From Cyanophora paradoxa CCMP329 (lineage: Eukaryota; Plantae; Glaucophyta): 64,000 nucleotides of DNA. Below are positions 35,301-47,891 of this stretch, piece by piece (positions within the stretch are counted from its first letter, which is position 1; each line of letters starts with the position of its first letter). The stretch lies in assembly GCA_004431415.1 (NCBI GenBank), contig QPMI01000469.1, forward strand, positions 224,259 through 288,258, read 5' to 3'. A program made the position numbers and the translations under genes. The notes below the pieces were generated by a model, which was not told the origin of the DNA, made no database searches, and saw nothing but the letters and a program-made list of their open reading frames with translations.

Positions 35301-36202
35301 CGTCAACGTCTGGCGCGACCAGGCCCGCAGCACCCCGCCGGCCCCGCCCCGCGCCGCGTGCGGGCCCTGAGGGGCGGGGCAGGCGGTGCGGGTGCTGCCG
35401 CAGGGGAGCGCGGTGTGCGTGCACGCGGGGACGCGGCGGGCGAAAGACGCGGGCGGCCTCGCCCGCGAGGAGCTCGTCATCCTCGCCGACTCCCTCCTCG
35501 CCAAGGACCCCGCCATCGCCGTCCGCGCCCCGGCCCCCGCCCCGCCCCGCCCCCGCCCCGCCTTGCCCCGACGCCCCGCGCAGAGCGCCGAGTTCCGCCG
35601 CGTCATCCTCCACGAGCCGGCGTGCGCCGCGCCCCCGCCGCCCCTCGAGCGGCGCGCCGACGCCGCCGCCGCGCAGCTTCCTCTCCAGGCTCTCCCAGCA
35701 GATGTCCCAGCGCGCCGTCGCCCTCCGCGCCCCCTGCCGCTGGATCCTCGCCGGCGCGCCCCCGCCCCCGCCCCCTCGCCCCTCGCCGCGGCGCGAGGCT
35801 GACGGGGCCGCAGCGAGCGCGCTGCCCGGGGCGCGCTGGAGGAGCTCGCGGCCCCCTCGCCTTCCTCCGCCTCGTCCGCCCCGCCCCGCCCCCCTCGCGC
35901 CCTCCCCTGACGCCCCGCAGGCGCCCCTGCACGACCCGCCCGATTTCGTGCGCATCGTGGCGCGGCCCTTGAAGGGCGGCCCCGGGCAGGCGCGCGCCGC
36001 CGCCGTCGCCGCCGCGCTGCTGCGCGCCGTCGTCGTGCGGCACGACGGGGCGCCCGCCGCAGGGCCCCACGCCCCCGCCCCGCCCCACCTCCTCGCCCCG
36101 CCCCTCTTCCACCCCGCTCCGGAGCTCGCCCCGCCTAGCTCGGATCCGGAGCCTTTTGAAGCTCGATGCCAGTTAGGGAAAGGCGTGGGCGGGGCGGGCT
36201 AG
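32330..36202 (+). CDS. Cys/His-cluster protein with degenerate SNF2/RAD5-type N-terminal ATPase lobe
   Basis: HCSTHP...CRAFCANC|YCYVCDVKASECAEWDDHCC|AWDRDIAWKKRRE, then RGGILSHGVD, RATLIVCPKHFVNVWRDQ, FRRVILHEPA, RAPCRWILAG, LAFLRL and LLRAVVVRH. End approximate. Confidence 0.7.
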
Positions 36203-39200
36203 GGCGGGGCGGGGCGGGTGCGAGGGGCGGGGCGCGGGCGCGGAGGATCATGCGCTCGAGCAGGCGGTCGTCCCCCGCCACCTGCGGCCGGAAGCGGCCG
36301 GCGCCGCCCCGACCCCGGCCCCGCCCCGCCCGGCGGCGAGCGCGGCGTCGCCGGCGCGGGGCGGGGAGGGGCGGGGGGAAGCGGAGGCGGAGGGCCGGCT
36401 CGGGCATGGTGGGGAGGACGGAGCGCGCGAGCGGGTCCCGCTCCGCCGCCGCCGCGTCGGGGCCCGCCTCGGGGCCCGCCGGGTGCGCCTGGGAGGCCCG
36501 CAGGGAGGCCCCCGCCGTCGAGAGGCTGCGCACGTCTGAGGCGGGGCGGCGAGCGGGGGCGGGCGGGGGCGAGGGCCGGCGCGGCGCGCACCGCGGGACG
36601 CTCTCGGGGCGCCCGTGGGCGCCGGCGGGGGGCGCGGGGAAGGTGAGGGACGGGCGCAGGCGGCCGCCCGGGGCGGTGCTCAGGCGCGGGGAGGGGCCGG
36701 GCGAGGCCGGCGCGGGGAACGCGGCGGGGCCCGTGCGGCCCCGAGGGAGGCGGAGAGGGGCGGCCGCGCCGCAGCGGCCGGCGCCGTCCCCGCGCGCGCC
36801 GCCTGCGCCGGCGTCGGCGTCGTGGAGGGCGAAATGCGGACGAAGCGCACCGGCGGCCACGGGTCGGATGCGCGGGGCGACGGGGCGGCGGTGGGGGTCC
36901 CCGGGGCGGGGAGCGGGCGGCGGGCGGTGCGGAGGCGGCGGCGGGGGCGGTGCCGGCGCGGAGGGAGTCGGCGAAGCGGCGGGCGGACCAGAGGAGCGGG
37001 GCGGGGGCGCCGGCGGGCCCCGGGGCGGTCCAGGCGCGCAGGGAGGGCAGGTCAGCGGTGCCGGGCGGCTCGTCGGTTGGGGAGGCGGCGGCGGCGACGG
37101 AGGCGAGGCGCAGGCGCTCGATCTCGACGGAGAGCTCCCGCAGCGCCGCCAGCGCCGCCCTCGCCCGCGCCGCCCGCGCCGCCGCCTCGGCCGCCTCCGC
37201 GGCGGCGGCGGCGGCGGCGGCGTCGGCGGCGGCGCGGGCGGCGGCGGCGCGCTCGCGCTGGGCGGCCTCCTCGGCCTCGCGCCGCGCCACCTCCGCGCTG
37301 GACGGGCGCGGCGCGGCGGGGGCCGGCGGCGGAGAGGGCCGGGGCAGCGGCAGCAGGTCGGCCAGCTCGGCGGAGAGGACGGGAGGCGGCACCAGCAGAC
37401 TCCGAATCCGCTCTGCGCCCAGCGTCAGCGGTCCGGCGCGAGGCTCGGCGGGGGCGGCGGGCGCGCCGATCTGCTCGTCGTACTCGCTCGAGGGGGAGGC
37501 CCCGCGGGGCCGCCCGTCCGCTCCCGCCTCCTCGGCTGGCGGGCTGACCATAGGGGCAACGTTCAGCGGAGCTGGGGCCACCGGCGCCGGCGCCGCGTCC
37601 GCCTCGGCGAGCGAGCCTGCGGCGGCCCTCGGGGAGCGGCGCGGCGGCCGCTTCTTCCCGGTGGACAGCGGCGGGGCGGAGGCGCGGCGGGGGGCGGAGG
37701 GATCGGCGGGGGCGGGCTCAGGTCGGAGGACGGGGGGTCGGGGAAGGCAGGGGCAGCCGGCTCGAGCCAGGGCCCGAGGTCGGCGTCGAGCACCCCGACC
37801 GCGCGCTCCGCCCCGGCAGAGAGGCGGCGGGGCGGGCCGAGGGCGGGGGCGGCGAGGGGTTCGGCGATGCCCGCGAAGGGGCGGTGGACGGGGCGGGCGA
37901 GGAGGGCGCGGGGGAGGATGTGCCGGGGCGGGGCGACGGGACCGGCGCGGGCCCGGCGCTGGCCCGGCGGGGCGGCTGCAGGGAGGGCGGGGCGGCGGGG
38001 AGGAGGTCGAAGGCGGGCGGGGCGGAGAGGGCGGCGCGCGGCGAGGGATCCCGGCCTCCTGCGGGCCCGGCGAGGACTGGCGCCGCGGCGTGCGTGAGGC
38101 CGGCGCGGTCGAGGGGGCGCAGCGGCCGGCACGCACCCGCGCCTCGCTCGCCGCGCTGGTCGCCCGCGCGGCGCTGGGGCGCTCCGGCGCGGTCACCGGC
38201 CGCCACCCGAGCCCCGCCGGCCGCCCCTGGGGCGAGTCGGCGAGGGAGGGCGGGGCGGGCAAGGGGCCGCACGGGGCCGCGGGGCGAGGGGCGGGAGGGG
38301 GCACGGGGCGAGAGAGCGCCGAGGAAGCCGGCGGCGGCGGACATGAGCGCTGCGCGGCACCGGGGGCGTCGGGCGAGGGCGCGGGTGGGAGGGCGGGGGG
38401 GCGGGGGCGCACCGGCCGCGGCGGCGGCGGGCGCAGCGGCGGTGGCGAGGTGGGCGAGGAGGGCGTGGAGGGGCCCCGGGCCCCCCAGCAGCCCCTCGAG
38501 CTTCTGCGCGCCCCGTCGCACACAGCAGCCTCGCGCGCAGCCGGCCGGCCGGCGCGCGGGCGGGCGGGCGGGCGCGCCTGGAGGAGGCCGCCGTGCTGCG
38601 CCCTCAGCGCCGCCTCCAGCGCCGCCTGCCGCCCGCCCCGCCCCGTCGGCCCCCGCATGCCAGCGGACGGGGACGGGCGGCACCGCGTCGGGGGCGAGGG
38701 CGGGGCGCGGGGGGCGGGCGGCGTGGCGCGCTGCGAGGGCGGCGAGGGCGTGGGAGTGGCCGCCGGCGACGAGGCGGTGCTCGGGGGCGTCGATACCGCG
38801 CAGCCGCCCCGCCCGCTCCTCCTCCGCCGCCGCCGCCAGCTGCCCCGCGGCTTGGGCGGGCGGGCGGGGCGGGCGGCGGAGGGGAGCGCGCACCCCGCCG
38901 GCGTCGACGGGGGCGCTGCCGAAGCGCACGGGGACGCGCACGAGCCGCGCCGGCCGCTGCGGCGCCCGCTCAGGGGGCCCCGGGGCGGATCGGGGCGGGG
39001 CGGGTTTCGGGGGCGCGGACGGTGCGGGGCGGGGGCCGGGGGCGGCGGGCTCGAGGAAGCGGCTGGGGACGTCGGCGTAGACGGAGGGCCTGCGGGGTGC
39101 CGCCCCCTCGCGCGGCGTCGACGAGGCCCGCCGCGGGCTCTCCCCCGCCACGCCGGCCCGCCAGCTCCCCAAGCAGCCCCGCGGCGTTCCCCGGCCCCCG

Positions 39201-40390
39201 CCCCCGCCCCGGCCCCGGCTCCTCCCCGCCCCCGCCGGCCTCCCCGGCCTCGTCGCCTGCCGCCTGGGCCTCCTCGGTCGGCTCGCAGGGCGTGCGGGGG
39301 CCCTCCCCCGCCACCGACGACCGCTGGCCCCGCTCTGCGGAGCGCCGGCGGCCCTCCGCCGACCCGCCGGGGCGCGCGCCGTCCGTCGACGCCTGCGGCG
39401 GGTGAGGGGGCGGCGGGGGGCGCTGGGGGGCGCGCTGGCGGGGCACCGGTGCGGGGGCCTGGGCGGCCTGGGCGGCGGGGGCGGCGGCGCGCCAGATTTC
39501 GGCGGCGAGCTGGGCGAAGGCGTCCTCGGCCCCCGCCCCGCCTCCCCGCCCTCCTCCGTCACGCTCTCCCACTCCCAGTCCGACCCCTCCAGCTCCTCCG
39601 ACCCCTCCACGACCTCCCACTCCTCCTCCTCCTCCTCCGGCACGCTCTCCCCGCCCCCCTCGCCCCCCTCGCCCTCCGCCTCTGCCGCCGCGCCCTCCTC
39701 CGTCGCCGCCGCCTTCACATCTGCCTCCGCCGCGTCTCCCGCCTCGCCGGCCTCGCCGCCGGCGGCCTCCCCCGCGGTGGCCTTCGGGGCGCGCGGGGGC
39801 CGGGGCGCCAGAGGCTCGAGGGCCTCGAGCTTGATCTTCCGCCTCCGCACGCGGCGCCGCGCGCGCTGCGGGGGCGCCTTCGGCTGCGGTGGCTCGAACA
39901 CCTTCTCCAGCTTGTCCTCCGCCGCCAGCGCCACACGGTACTCCTGTTCCATGAGCTGCGCGGCGGACCGGTCGGGCGCCGCGCTCCGCCCCAGGCCCCC
40001 GGCAGCGCGCACGTCCGAATCCAAGATCCGCTCCGATAGTTCTCTGTACGTGTAGTAGCTAGACGTGAAGCGCTCGTGTCGACTCGCGTAATTGGCTTGG
40101 ATCTCGCGCAGGAGCCGCGGCCGAACGGCCTCGGGCGGCTCCGGAGGAGGCCGCTTCTTCCTCTGCACGTCGCGCGTTAGAGGCGAGGCTTCCGCGCACT
40201 TCAAGTGCAGCTCGAGGCCACAGCTAGAGCCTGGAGCCCGAATCGCGACGCCGGCTCGCGCGGTGCTGACGCACCGCGACATACTTCCTGGGCGCCTTCC
40301 CCGCCTGGTGCATGGCTCGGACGGCGCTCCGGACGCGCCGGCCAAAACCGGCAGGTCGGGGAACAAGCCGAAGGGGGGTAGCTCCCCCAA
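36199..40390 (-). CDS. Large hypothetical low-complexity (Pro/Ala/Arg/Glu-rich) protein
   Basis: Coding-like stretches RLLREIQANYASRHERFTSSYYTYRELSERILDSD, EEEEEWEVVEGSEELEGSDWEWE and ALRELSVEIERLRLA. No family recognised; boundaries uncertain. Confidence 0.4.
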
Positions 40391-40563
40391 ACCGTTTTTC
40401 CCCCCTCTGCAACGTCTCTCTCAGGGCTTTCAGCGCCGAAGCCGTAGGCCAGCTAGCGAGCAGCGAGCGAGCGAGCGGTGGAGCGCGTACCGGCAGCACC
40501 GTTTTGCTAGCCTGCCAGGAGCCCGCGCGAGCCAGCGAAGCCGCCGCAGCACCAACAGAGGCG

Positions 40564-42347
40564 ATGTCGCGGGTGCGTCAGGAGGTAGTTATCGAGGAGA
40601 AGCTCGTTGGATACAACGGGATCCCCGTGGTGCGGAAGTACTCCCGCGGGAAGCTGCTCGGCAAGGTGCCAAATCCTACCGTTGCTGCCAGCCCTCAGTC
40701 CCCGATGCCGATGCCGCGGGCGGCTCGCAGGGTGGCTTCGCAAAGTGCTATGAGCTGCGCGAGCTTACAACAGACCGTCTCTACGCCGGAAAGATAGTTG
40801 CGAAGAACTCCTTGACCAAGTCCCGGGCGAAGCAAAAGGTGCAGCTAAGCCGCGTCGGCTCCCCCGCTCGCGCGTAGCATTGTGCGGTGATATTGCCTTC
40901 TCTCCCAACCGGCTTTTCCTTCTCGCACAGCTGCTGGCTGAGATCTCGATCCACCGCTCCCTCTCGCACCCGCACGTCGTGCGGTTTGAGCGCTACTTCG
41001 AGGACAAGGAGAATGTGTACATACTGCTCGAGCTCTGCAGAAATCAGGTCCCTCCTGCGCCCTCCCAGGCCTTGCTCGTTCCGTAACCCCCGACGCTTAA
41101 CCTCGCTGCGGCAGACGATGATGGAGCTCGTAAAGCGGAGGGGGCGGCTGACGGACCCGGAGGTTCACTACTACATGTCGCAGATTATCGGCGCCGTGAA
41201 GTACCTGCACGCCGAGAACGTCATCCACAGGGACCTCAAGCTCGGAAACCTTTTCCTCGGTCCGCCCCGGCCCCCCAGCGTTAGCTAGAGGAAGGAAGTC
41301 TCATAAAGAGACCCAGGCGATAACATGGACGTGAAAATTGGCGACTTCGGCCTCGCGACCAAGGTTGAGTTCGACGGGGAGCGCAAGCGGTCCGCGAACC
41401 CCGCGCGCTGGGCGTTCCGTGGCGTGATGGCGTACCGCAGGACGATCTGCGGGACGCCGAACTACATCGCGCCGGAGATTTTGGACGGGCGGAACGGGCA
41501 CAGCTTCGAGGTGGACGTGTGGTCCCTCGGCGTCATCCTGTGCGCCCCGCTTTCTTCTCTTCCTTTCGGCGCTCCGCCGACGCGGGCGCCAGGTACACGC
41601 TGCTGGTGGGGAAGCCGCCGTTCGAGACGAGCGACGTGAAGGCGACGTACAAGCGCATCCGCTCCAACCAGTACGACTTCCCCGAGCACATCTTCATCCA
41701 GGAGTCCGCCAAGGACCTCATCCGCCGCATCCTCCACCCCTCCCCAGGCCCGCCCCCCGCCCCGCAACGCCCCGGCCCGCCCCCTGAGGCCCACCGCAGA
41801 GCGCCGGCCGACGCTCAACGAGATGATGAGCCACGCGTACTTCCGGGCGGCCGGCCAAATACCCAAGAGCCTCCCCGTGTCGGCCATGAACGCGCCCCCG
41901 CCGGCATCGGCCAGCGTGGCCGCCAAGGCCGGTGCCCCGCGGCAGCCGCTCCGCGACATGCGGGTCCGTCGCCCTCCCTTCCAGCACCCCTGGGCCGGCC
42001 TGAGGTGCTCGCAGATCGACGACCCGCGCCTGAGCGCTCCCCCCGCGACGGCTCCGCCGGCGATGGGCTACGAGGCGGAGCGAGAGGCGCGAGACCCGTA
42101 CGCACTCGCCCCGCGCTCCTCGGCGGGGGTCCCTGCGGCGCGGCTGGCGGAGCCCGGGCCGCCGGCGACGGCGCCCTCGGCGGCGCTGGGCCCGGTGGCG
42201 ACGGCGACGGGGGCGGACGTGGACGAGCTACGGGCGGTGCTGCAGCAGGTCCGCCTCGGCTCGGGGAGCACCCACCGCGACCGCGACCGCGACCGCGAGC
42301 GGGAGAGGGAACGCGAGCGCGAGCGCGAGATCCAGGCGGCGGCAGCA

Positions 42348-42381
<34 letters not shown>

Positions 42382-43459
42382 AGAAGGAGAACAGGCCTCA
42401 ATCGGCGTTCGCGGCGGGGGCGGGGACGGAGCGGCCGGGGCCGGTTGTGGACGAGGAGCTGGAGGAGGAGGAGCGGACGCGGCTGCACGACCTGCACCAG
42501 CAGCTCGAGGCCTCCTTCGCCGCCATCACCCGCGCCCCGCCCGCCCCGGCCCGGCCCCGGCGCCCCCGCAGCCGGCCGCGGGGCCTCGCACGCCCCCGCG
42601 GCGAGCGCGCCGGCGCCGCTGCTCTCGTCGTCGCCGACGTCGGGGCCCTCGTCGGGGAGCGGGGCGGCGGCGATGGTGTGGGTCACCAAGTACGTCGACT
42701 ACTCGACGAAGTACGGGCTCGGGTACCGCCTGAACAACGGCTGCGTCGGCGTCTTCTTCAACGACGCCACCAAGATCGCCCTCGCGCCCGACGCCTGGTG
42801 CGCCCAACGCGCGATCCCGGCACGGGGCGCTGAGCGGGGCGGGGCAGCCACGTGGAGTACATGGAGCGGCGGCGGGCGGCGCCGGGGGCGGAGGCGCGGG
42901 ACGAGCGGCGGGGCTTCCTGCTGGGCGACTTCCCCAAGGACCTCACCAAGAAGGTCACCCTCCTCAAGCACTTCCGCAACTACCTCGCGGAGCCCTCCGC
43001 GCCGGCCCCCCCCCCCCGCCCCGCCCCCGGCGCCCCCCTCGTCTACGTCAAGAAGTGGCTCCGCACCCGCCACGCCGTCATCTTCCGCCTCTCCAACAAG
43101 ACCATCCAGGCGCGGCCCCCGTGCGCGCGCCTCCCGCGGCCGGCGCTGACGCGGCGGCGCAGGTCATCTTCTACGACCAGAGCGAGATGCTGCTGTGCGG
43201 CGAGGCGCGGTGCGTCTCGTACCTGAACAAGGTCGGGGAGCGCGTGACCTACTCCCTGGCCTCCGTCCCAACTCCCCCGACCTCGTGAAGCGCCTCCGCT
43301 ACACGAAGGAGATCCTCTTCCAGGTCCCCGCCCCGCCCCCGCCCCTGCCCTCGCCCGCTGCCCCCTCACCCCGGCGACGCCCCGCAGCTCATCAACCGCA
43401 ACCCCGGGCCCGCGCCGAGCCACGGCACGGTCCCCCGCACGGCAGCCGACATCTTGTAG
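40564..43459 (+). CDS. PLK1: Polo-like kinase, copy A
   Basis: GKLLGK|[56 protein letters not shown]. Polo boxes [26 protein letters not shown] and [21 protein letters not shown]|VIFYDQSE. Confidence 0.95.
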
Positions 43460-43930
43460 CTGCAGCCCGAGGCCACTGCTGTGTAACATATTCTATGCAT
43501 ATTCACGGACGCATCACCACGACACGACTCGACAAGGCTTACGCTTGCATACTCTATCTAAGGCAGAAAGTACGCTAGCTGGGTCTGCAATGCACGAAAG
43601 GATGGGACTACGGAAAGCGAAGCAACACGCACGGAAAATTGCAAGGGGGCACGACTAGTTGAGGCCATGATGTACACATCTCGCCCGATTAAAGTGTTCT
43701 TAAACTCACTGTGAGACTAGAGCTTCGAATTCAAATCCAATACGCTACAAGGCTTCCAAAGAATGCGCATAGGCGGCGAAAAGCGTGAAATTGAAAAATG
43801 CGACGCTTAGGAAGAGCTCTGAAACTTACGATTCTACTCTGCGATCGGCGTCGCGGCGACAAACCGCGGCCGCCGATATACTGCTACAGCTAAAGGCCTA
43901 CCTGGGAGGAAAGGGGCGGCCGAGCGCGGC

Positions 43931-44363
43931 CTAGCCGCCGCGGTGGCGGGTGAGGACCTCGCAGCCGTCGTGGGTGATGAGGACGGTGTGCTCGAACTGG
44001 GCGGACCTGCGGGGGCGTGACCCCCCCGCCCGCCCGGCGCCGCGCTGGGGCGCACCAGTCGCCGCCGTCGTTGACGGCGGTCCAGCCGTCGGGCCAGAAG
44101 GAGACCGAGTCGGAGCGCTCGGAGACGGCCGGCTCGATGGTGAAGACCATCCCCGCCGCCATCTCCCCCTGCCCCCGCTCGGCCCCGGCCCAGCGCGGCG
44201 GCGCGGCGGGGCGGGGCGCACGGGGTCCGAGTTGCGCCTGTGGTGGATGATGGGCGCCGTGTGGAACTCCCGCCCCAGCCCGTGCCCCGTGAACGCCGCG
44301 CTGCCCCCGCCCCCGGCGTCAACCGCCCCGCCCCGCGGCGGCAAGGCGAGCGCTGGCACCAGA
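43931..44363 (-). pseudogene. 3' fragment of the methionine aminopeptidase gene carried by duplication unit A
   Basis: Last exons ([27 protein letters not shown]) are identical to 47892-48324, but the fragment is cut inside an intron at the duplication junction. Confidence 0.8.
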
Positions 44364-44520
44364 CTGCAACGTCTCTCTCAGGGCTTTCAGCGCCGAAGCC
44401 GTAGGCCAGCTAGCGAGCAGCGAGCGAGCGAGCGGTGGAGCGCGTACCGGCAGCACCGTTTTGCTAGCCTGCCAGGAGCCCGCGCGAGCCAGCGAAGCCG
44501 CCGCAGCACCAACAGAGGCG

Positions 44521-46301
44521 ATGTCGCGGGTGCGTCAGGAGGTAGTTATCGAGGAGAAGCTCGTTGGATACAACGGGATCCCCGTGGTGCGGAAGTACTC
44601 CCGCGGGAAGCTGCTCGGCAAGGTGCCAAATCCTACCGTTGCTGCCAGCCCTCAGTCCCCGATGCCGATGCCGCGGGCGGCTCGCAGGGTGGCTTCGCAA
44701 AGTGCTATGAGCTGCGCGAGCTTACAACAGACCGTCTCTACGCCGGAAAGATAGTTGCGAAGAACTCCTTGACCAAGTCCCGGGCGAAGCAAAAGGTGCA
44801 GCTAAGCCGCGTCGGCTCCCCCGCTCGCGCGTAGCATTGTGCGGTGATATTGCCTTCTCTCCCAACCGGCTTTTCCTTCTCGCACAGCTGCTGGCTGAGA
44901 TCTCGATCCACCGCTCCCTCTCGCACCCGCACGTCGTGCGGTTTGAGCGCTACTTCGAGGACAAGGAGAATGTGTACATACTGCTCGAGCTCTGCAGAAA
45001 TCAGGTCCCTCCTGCGCCCTCCCAGGCCTTGCTCGTTCCGTAACCCCCGACGCTTAACCTCGCTGCGGCAGACGATGATGGAGCTCGTAAAGCGGAGGGG
45101 GCGGCTGACGGACCCGGAGGTTCACTACTACATGTCGCAGATTATCGGCGCCGTGAAGTACCTGCACGCCGAGAACGTCATCCACAGGGACCTCAAGCTC
45201 GGAAACCTTTTCCTCGGTCCGCCCCGGCCCCCAGCGTTAGCTAGAGGAAGGAAGTCTCATAAAGAGACCCAGGCGATAACATGGACGTGAAAATTGGCGA
45301 CTTCGGCCTCGCGACCAAGGTTGAGTTCGACGGGGAGCGCAAGCGGTCCGCGAACCCCGCGCGCTGGGCGTTCCGTGGCGTGATGGCGTACCGCAGGACG
45401 ATCTGCGGGACGCCGAACTACATCGCGCCGGAGATTTTGGACGGGCGGAACGGGCACAGCTTCGAGGTGGACGTGTGGTCCCTCGGCGTCATCCTGTGCG
45501 CCCCGCTTTCTTCTCTTCCTTTCGGCGCTCCGCCGACGCGGGCGCCAGGTACACGCTGCTGGTGGGGAAGCCGCCGTTCGAGACGAGCGACGTGAAGGCG
45601 ACGTACAAGCGCATCCGCTCCAACCAGTACGACTTCCCCGAGCACATCTTCATCCAGGAGTCCGCCAAGGACCTCATCCGCCGCATCCTCCACCCCTCCC
45701 CAGGCCCGCCCCCCGCCCCGCAACGCCCCGGCCCGCCCCCTGAGGCCCACCGCAGAGCGCCGGCCGACGCTCAACGAGATGATGAGCCACGCGTACTTCC
45801 GGGCGGCCGGCCAAATACCCAAGAGCCTCCCCGTGTCGGCCATGAACGCGCCCCCGCCGGCATCGGCCAGCGTGGCCGCCAAGGCCGGTGCCCCGCGGCA
45901 GCCGCTCCGCGACATGCGGGTCCGTCGCCCTCCCTTCCAGCACCCCTGGGCCGGCCTGAGGTGCTCGCAGATCGACGACCCGCGCCTGAGCGCTCCCCCC
46001 GCGACGGCTCCGCCGGCGATGGGCTACGAGGCGGAGCGAGAGGCGCGAGACCCGTACGCACTCGCCCCGCGCTCCTCGGCGGGGGTCCCTGCGGCGCGGC
46101 TGGCGGAGCCCGGGCCGCCGGCGACGGCGCCCTCGGCGGCGCTGGGCCGGTGGCGACGGCGACGGGGGCGGACGTGGACGAGCTACGGGCGGTGCTGCAG
46201 CAGGTCCGCCTCGGCTCGGGGAGCACCCACCGCGACCGCGACCGCGACCGCGAGCGGAGAGGGAACGCGAGCGCGAGCGCGAGATCCAGGCGGCGGCAGC
46301 A

Positions 46302-46335
<34 letters not shown>

Positions 46336-47420
46336 AGAAGGAGAACAGGCCTCAATCGGCGTTCGCGGCGGGGGCGGGGACGGAGCGGCCGGGGCCGGTT
46401 GTGGACGAGGAGCTGGAGGAGGAGGAGCGGACGCGGCTGCACGACCTGCACCAGCAGCTCGAGGCCTCCTTCGCCGCCATCACCCGCGCCCCGCCCGCCC
46501 CGGCCCCGGCCCCGGCGCCCCCGCAGCCGGCCGCGGGGCCCTCGCACGCCCCCGCGGCGAGCGCGCCGGCGCCGCTGCTCTCGTCGTCGCCGACGTCGGG
46601 GCCCTCGTCGGGGAGCGGGGCGGCGGCGATGGTGTGGGTCACCAAGTACGTCGACTACTCGACGAAGTACGGGCTCGGGTACCGCCTGAACAACGGCTGC
46701 GTCGGCGTCTTCTTCAACGACGCCACCAAGATCGCCCTCGCGCCCGACGCCTGGTGCGCCCAACGCGCGATCCCGGCACGGGGCGCTGAGCGGGGCGGGG
46801 CAGCCACGTGGAGTACATGGAGCGGCGGCGGGCGGCGCCGGGGGCGGAGGCGCGGGACGAGCGGCGGGGCTTCCTGCTGGGCGACTTCCCCAAGGACCTC
46901 ACCAAGAAGGTCACCCTCCTCAAGCACTTCCGCAACTACCTCGCGGAGCCCTCCGCGCCGGCCCCCCCCTCCCCCGCCCCCGCCCCCGGCGCCCCCCTCG
47001 TCTACGTCAAGAAGTGGCTCCGCACCCGCCACGCCGTCATCTTCCGCCTCTCCAACAAGACCATCCAGGCGCGGCCCCCGTGCGCGCGCCTCCCCGCGGC
47101 CGGCGCTGACGCGGCGGCGCAGGTCATCTTCTACGACCAGAGCGAGATGCTGCTGTGCGGCGAGGCGCGGTGCGTCTCGTACCTGAACAAGGTCGGGGAG
47201 CGCGTGACCTACTCCCTGGCCTCCGTCCCCAACTCCCCCGACCTCGTGAAGCGCCTCCGCTACACGAAGGAGATCCTCTTCCAGGTCCCCGCCCCGCCCC
47301 CGCCCCTGCCCTCGCCCGCTGCCCCCTCACCCCGGCGACGCCCCGCAGCTCATCAACCGCAACCCCGGGCCCGCGCCGAGCCACGGCACGGTCCCCCGCA
47401 CGGCAGCCGACATCTTGTAG
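44521..47420 (+). CDS. PLK1: Polo-like kinase, copy B
   Basis: Same exons as copy A; differs by homopolymer-type indels. Confidence 0.93.
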
Positions 47421-47891
47421 CTGCAGCCCGAGGCCACTGCTGTGTAACATATTCTATGCATATTCACGGACGCATCACCACGACACGACTCGACAAGGCT
47501 TACGCTTGCATACTCTATCTAAGGCAGAAAGTACGCTAGCTGGGTCTGCAATGCACGAAAGGATGGGACTACGGAAAGCGAAGCAACACGCACGGAAAAT
47601 TGCAAGGGGGCACGACTAGTTGAGGCCATGATGTACACATCTCGCCCGATTAAAGTGTTCTTAAACTCACTGTGAGACTAGAGCTTCGAATTCAAATCCA
47701 ATACGCTACAAGGCTTCCAAAGAATGCGCATAGGCGGCGAAAAGCGTGAAATTGAAAAATGCGACGCTTAGGAAGAGCTCTGAAACTTACGATTCTACTC
47801 TGCGATCGGCGTCGCGGCGACAAACCGCGGCCGCCGATATACTGCTACAGCTAAAGGCCTACCTGGGAGGAAAGGGGCGGCCGAGCGCGGC

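Noticed and set aside
42180-46270. PLK copies (and other GC-rich exons, e.g. the SAM-like region near 14960) as frameshifted pseudogenes
   Set aside because: The shifts fall in G/C homopolymers and differ between otherwise identical copies, so sequencing error is more likely.
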